From Alphaproteobacteria bacterium (GTDB lineage: Bacteria; Pseudomonadota; Alphaproteobacteria; UBA2966): 64,000 nt of DNA. A program made the position numbers and the translations under genes. This document shows, in pieces, positions 60,054 through 64,000 of this stretch (its first letter is position 1; each line of letters starts with the position of its first letter). The notes beneath the pieces were generated by a model. It searched no databases. It was not told where the DNA came from and saw nothing but the letters and a program-made list of their open reading frames with translations. The DNA is taken from positions 2,240,001 through 2,304,000 of the forward strand of contig OZ219856.1 in assembly GCA_964291395.2 (NCBI GenBank), written 5' to 3'.

Positions 60054-60815
60054 CTATCCCCGCGTCTCCTTTCCGGCCCGGAGCATGGCGTGGATCATGT
60101 CCGGGTGCGGGTCGAGGGGCTTGGGATAGGCCTTGCGGCTGTGCGTGAGTTTGAGGTCGAGGACCGACTCGACGAGCTTGTAGGTGAGCGGACCCGGATT
60201 GACGACGGGGATCGGCAAGGTCTCGGCCAGATACTCTGCCGCCTGGTGCATGGTCGTCGAACCCAGGCAGACCACGTCCGCGCCTGCCGCCATCGCCTCC
60301 TCGCAAGCGGCCTTCATCTTCGGAAAGACCTTGTCCTCCTTGCCGTCGAGCAGGTTGGCGTAGTCCGGCGGCACGTCGAAGTTTACCACCGCGGCACAGA
60401 AGTCCTCGAGCCCGAGCGCGCGGATCATCTTGGTGGTCCGCGCGACGGCGTAGTCCCACTGACAGATGATGGAGAACTTGTTGCCGAGCGTCAGGCAGAA
60501 CAGCATCGCTGCCTTCCCCGGCGCGATGACCGGAATATCGAGCACCGACCTGAGCGCATCGAGACCCGAATCGCTCATGGTATCGATGCAAACGGCGTCG
60601 TAACCCTCGTCCTGCGCGCTCAACCCGGCCTCGAAGATCGCCATGTCCATGAGCACGAAATCGTGGGGACTCATATAGCTCTTCGGGCCCGCCGTAACGC
60701 CGCGGAAGTCGAATTCGACATCCGGGCCCAGGCGGACATAATCGAGCTGGGCGCGCCGATTGGCGATGCCGCTTTCATCGAGCGCGAACGGCACCAGAAC
60801 CAAAGCCTTGGCCAT
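60054..60815 (-). CDS. Asp/Glu/hydantoin racemase family protein
   Basis: GYDAVCIDTMSDSG..ALR..LDIPV, GADVVCLGSTTM, PVVNPG. Confidence 0.82.
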   Translation of the reverse strand: MAKALVLVPFALDESGIANRRAQLDYVRLGPDVEFDFRGVTAGPKSYMSPHDFVLMDMAIFEAGLSAQDEGYDAVCIDTMSDSGLDALRSVLDIPVIAPGKAAMLFCLTLGNKFSIICQWDYAVARTTKMIRALGLEDFCAAVVNFDVPPDYANLLDGKEDKVFPKMKAACEEAMAAGADVVCLGSTTMHQAAEYLAETLPIPVVNPGPLTYKLVESVLDLKLTHSRKAYPKPLDPHPDMIHAMLRAGKETRG

Positions 60816-60857
60816 GGCTTTTCTCCTTTCCCGGAAGGCCGGCCCCGGAGGACGGTC

Positions 60858-61637
60858 CTATGGGTTCTTCTGTACCTCGACCGCGCCGTCCAGCATGGCG
60901 CGAAGCGTCTCGTCGACCCGCACGATAGGCGGCTTGTAGTACTGACGGCTATGCGAGAGACCCAGCCCGAGCACGGCTTCGGCAAGCTTGTAGGACACCG
61001 GACCCGGATTGATGATCGGCACGGGTATCTTGCCGGATAGATGCACGTGAGCCTGGTGCATCGAGGTCGATCCGAGACAGATGACGTCGGCGCCACGGTC
61101 GTTGATCAGAGCCCAGCAACCCTCCTCAAGCTGCCCGAAGGTCTCCTCCTCCTTGCCGCTGAGCAGGTTCCGGTTGTCCACAGCCGCGTCGATGCTATGC
61201 ACGCCCACGAACTTGTGGCCGATACCAAGCTCTTCCAGAGTCTTTTTGTAGAGCCCCGACCAGCGCTCCCACATCGCCAACACGCCGAACTTGTCCCCGA
61301 GCAGCATGGCCAGCAGGAACGACGCCCGCCCTGGACCGATAACGGGAATATCGAGAACGGTCCGCAGCGCGGCAACGCCGGAGTCGCTGACGGTGTCGAT
61401 GCACACGGCGTCGTAACCATCCTCCTGGGCGCTGAGGCCCGCTTCGAGAACGACGATGTCGCCGATGCTCCAGTCATAGGGGCTCACCAGGTTGCCGCCC
61501 GCCGCGCGGACCGGCCGGTAGTCGAATTCGATGTCGGGGCCGAAATCGAGCGAGGCGTGCTGCTGTTGCCGGAACCCGAGCTGTTCCTCCGTCATCGGGA
61601 ACGGAACAATGACCAAGACTCTCTTCTTTCTCGCCAC
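60858..61637 (-). CDS. Asp/Glu/hydantoin racemase family protein (paralog)
   Basis: GYDAVCIDTVSDSG, GADVICLGSTSM; GTG after GGGAGG. Confidence 0.82.
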   Translation of the reverse strand: MARKKRVLVIVPFPMTEEQLGFRQQQHASLDFGPDIEFDYRPVRAAGGNLVSPYDWSIGDIVVLEAGLSAQEDGYDAVCIDTVSDSGVAALRTVLDIPVIGPGRASFLLAMLLGDKFGVLAMWERWSGLYKKTLEELGIGHKFVGVHSIDAAVDNRNLLSGKEEETFGQLEEGCWALINDRGADVICLGSTSMHQAHVHLSGKIPVPIINPGPVSYKLAEAVLGLGLSHSRQYYKPPIVRVDETLRAMLDGAVEVQKNP

Positions 61638-61826
61638 GGGAACCTCCCTGTCCTGCATCGCCACGCGTATAGCGCGTGGCGCCAGCACGGAATTACAGGG
61701 TAGCCGCCAAGGGAGTCAACGCGGCCGCCGTATCGGAGTCGGCCGGTGACTGGTTGGGTGGGAAACGTGCGCGTTATAGTGATCCTGGAATTCGACGTGC
61801 GACCAGCCGATGGAGAGGACACAGCG

Positions 61827-63224
61827 ATGGGAATCATCAGATCCGGTGACCGGTTGTTCGACATCTCCGTTCCCGTTGCCGTGATCGGAGCCGGCGCCTG
61901 CGGCTGCAGCGCGGCGCTGGCCGCGAACGAACGCGGCGCCGGCGTTCTGATGATCGAGCGCGACGATCCGCCGGCGGGCAGCACATCCCTGTCCGGCGGA
62001 CAGATTCCCGCCGCCGGCACCAGGCTCCAGAAGGCGGCGGGCATCGACGACACGCCGGAGGATTTCGCCGAGGAGATACTCGAGAAGGCGCGGCATCAAA
62101 CCGACGCGGAGATGGCGCTCGCCGTCTCTCGTGGCTCTACCGTGACCGTGGATTGGCTGGTCGACACCTACGGCGCGCCGCTGGAGGTCCTGACCGATTT
62201 CTTCTACCCCGGCCACAAGAAGCACCGCATGCACGGCACGCCCAACCGGGATGGCGCCGAATTGCTGACCTGCCTCCTCGAGGCGGTCTCGCGCGAAGGG
62301 ATCGACATGCTGACGGCCGCGGTGGCCACCGACCTCTACGCCGACGAGGACGGCAAGGTCACGGGCGTGCGCATCCGGCGCCCGGACGGGAGCAGTGAGG
62401 ACGTCGGTTGCGGCGCCCTGGTCTTGGCCTGCAACGGATTCGGCGGTAGTCCTGAGATGGTCAGGGAGTACATACCGGAGATCGCCGATGCTCTCTACTT
62501 CGGTCACGTGGGCAACAAGGGAGACGCGGTGAAGTGGGGTTTGGAGCTCGGTGCCGACATCGCCGACATGGGCAGCTACCAGGGCCACGGCGCCGTCGCG
62601 ACGCCCCACAACACGCACATCGGCTGGCCCTCGATCACCGAGGGCGGGATCATGGTCAACACGGATGGCAAGCGCTTCAGCCACGAGAACCGGGGCTATT
62701 CCGAACAAGCCATCGAGGTCATCCGCCAGCCCGGCAACTTCGCCTGGACGATCTTCAACGAGACCGCCCACGACGTCGCCATGCAGTTCAACCACCAGCG
62801 GGAGTCGGTGGAGGCCGGCGCGGTCCGCGTGGCGGAAACCTTCGACCAACTGGTGGAGGTCACCGAGCTGCCCGAAGATGCGCTGGCCGAGACCATCGCC
62901 GAGGTCAACGATATCCTGGCAGGAAGGAAGACCGACCCCTTCGGCCGGGACTTCGGCGGCAAGGCGCCGTTGGAACCTCCGTACTACACGGTCAAGGTGA
63001 CCGGAGCTCTCTTCCACACCCAGGGCGGTCTGGTCATCGACCCCGAAGCACGGGTCCTGCGCAGGGGCACCAGGCAGCCGCTGCCCAATCTGTTCGCAGG
63101 GGGCGGCGCCGCACGCGGCCTCACCGGTCCGTCTTGCTGGGGCTACACCTCCGGTGCCGGCCTGATGACCGCGACCACGCTCGGCCGGCTCGGCGGCGAA
63201 GGCGCCGCCGCGATCGTCTCCTGA
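61827..63224 (+). CDS. FAD-binding oxidoreductase (flavocytochrome c/TcuA/KstD-like FAD_binding_2 family)
   Basis: GAGACG, STSLSGG, ACNGF, VNTDGKRF..E, HTQGGL, LFAGG. Confidence 0.85.
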   Translation: MGIIRSGDRLFDISVPVAVIGAGACGCSAALAANERGAGVLMIERDDPPAGSTSLSGGQIPAAGTRLQKAAGIDDTPEDFAEEILEKARHQTDAEMALAVSRGSTVTVDWLVDTYGAPLEVLTDFFYPGHKKHRMHGTPNRDGAELLTCLLEAVSREGIDMLTAAVATDLYADEDGKVTGVRIRRPDGSSEDVGCGALVLACNGFGGSPEMVREYIPEIADALYFGHVGNKGDAVKWGLELGADIADMGSYQGHGAVATPHNTHIGWPSITEGGIMVNTDGKRFSHENRGYSEQAIEVIRQPGNFAWTIFNETAHDVAMQFNHQRESVEAGAVRVAETFDQLVEVTELPEDALAETIAEVNDILAGRKTDPFGRDFGGKAPLEPPYYTVKVTGALFHTQGGLVIDPEARVLRRGTRQPLPNLFAGGGAARGLTGPSCWGYTSGAGLMTATTLGRLGGEGAAAIVS

Positions 63225-63237
63225 CCCGGAGACCGCC

Positions 63238-64000
63238 ATGAGCTGGGACATCGAAACGGACGTCGCCGTCGTCGGCGGTGGCGGCGCCGGCCTCATGGCA
63301 GCCTCTACCGCGGCGTCGGTGGACGACGGTGTCGACGTGATCCTGCTCGAAAAGGATTCCGACGACCCCTGCACGTCCGTCATCACCAGCAGTTTCATTC
63401 CGGCGGCGGGCACCCGGCTGCAGCGAGCCGCCGGCATCGAGGATTCACCGGAGATCATGGCCGGCGATATCCTCAGAAAGAACGGCCACAAGAGCGATCA
63501 AGACGTGACGCTGGCGTTATGCCGCCGCTCCGCCGAGATGATCCACTGGTTCATCGACGGACTCGGTGTCGACCTCGAGTTCGCGCCCGAGGTCGCGTGG
63601 TTCGGACACACCAACAAGCGAATGCACAGCCATCCGACGCGCATCGGCGTGCCCATCGTCGACCGCATGCGCGAATACTTCACATCGCTCGACAACGCCA
63701 CCTATCACGATAGGACACCCGGAACGGGGTTGGTCGTCGATGACGCGGGTACGGTCCTGGGCGTCACGGCGGAACGAAGCGGCACCGGGATTCGGATCGC
63801 GGCCAGGAAGGTCGTGCTCACCACCGGCGGGTTCAATGCCAACCGAGAGATGCTGGCCCAATACATCCCCGATATGGCCGACGCCCCCAACATCGGCTCG
63901 AAGTCCAACACGGGCGAAGGCATCCTCTGGGGCATGGAAGCCGGGGCCGCGACGGATCGGATGACGGGTTATCAGGGCCGCGACTGTATCTTCGAGGACG
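63238..64000 (+). CDS. Second FAD_binding_2 family oxidoreductase (runs off the right window edge)
   Basis: Manual translation MSWDIETDVAVVGGGGAGLMAA...FIPAAGTRLQRAAGIEDSPE...LTTGGFNAN...NTGEG; paralog of the upstream gene. Not in the ORF track. Confidence 0.85.
   Translation, partial: MSWDIETDVAVVGGGGAGLMAASTAASVDDGVDVILLEKDSDDPCTSVITSSFIPAAGTRLQRAAGIEDSPEIMAGDILRKNGHKSDQDVTLALCRRSAEMIHWFIDGLGVDLEFAPEVAWFGHTNKRMHSHPTRIGVPIVDRMREYFTSLDNATYHDRTPGTGLVVDDAGTVLGVTAERSGTGIRIAARKVVLTTGGFNANREMLAQYIPDMADAPNIGSKSNTGEGILWGMEAGAATDRMTGYQGRDCIFED

Overview
GC-rich (roughly 65% by eye) bacterial chromosomal segment, probably alphaproteobacterial (inferred from AapJ-type binding protein, Zn-independent HemB and IcmF). 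It holds about 63 CDS, almost all catabolic enzymes and transporters, often as paralog pairs. I recognise no transcription factor, tRNA, rRNA, CRISPR array or intact mobile element. Main blocks: (i) 2.8-8.3 kb thiol/sulfur-redox neighbourhood, including a P4-less SAM-I riboswitch (4107-4187) with a candidate leader ORF upstream of an OsmC + flavin oxidoreductase pair, and a repeat-frameshifted DUF1640/CCDC90-like gene; (ii) 10-28.7 kb TRAP transporter, hydantoinase/oxoprolinase A/B, hot-dog proteins with altered catalytic motifs, a stand-alone carboxyltransferase + biotin carrier, two Rieske oxygenases and an ICL-family lyase; (iii) icmF, hemB, an atypical AdoMetDC-like gene and a third Rieske oxygenase; (iv) a coenzyme F420 operon (npdG-cofE-cofD-cofC-fbiC) divergent from F420-dependent LLM genes, with LOG, Nudix, GGCT and PPOX genes interleaved; (v) 54.7-64 kb cluster of paired isochorismatases, PuuE-like CE4 hydrolases, racemase-fold proteins lacking both catalytic Cys, and flavoproteins, suggesting an uncharacterised N-heterocycle/amide catabolic pathway. 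Short remnants of an antitoxin gene and a P4-like integrase are also present. All family calls come from motif recognition by eye; no database searches were run.
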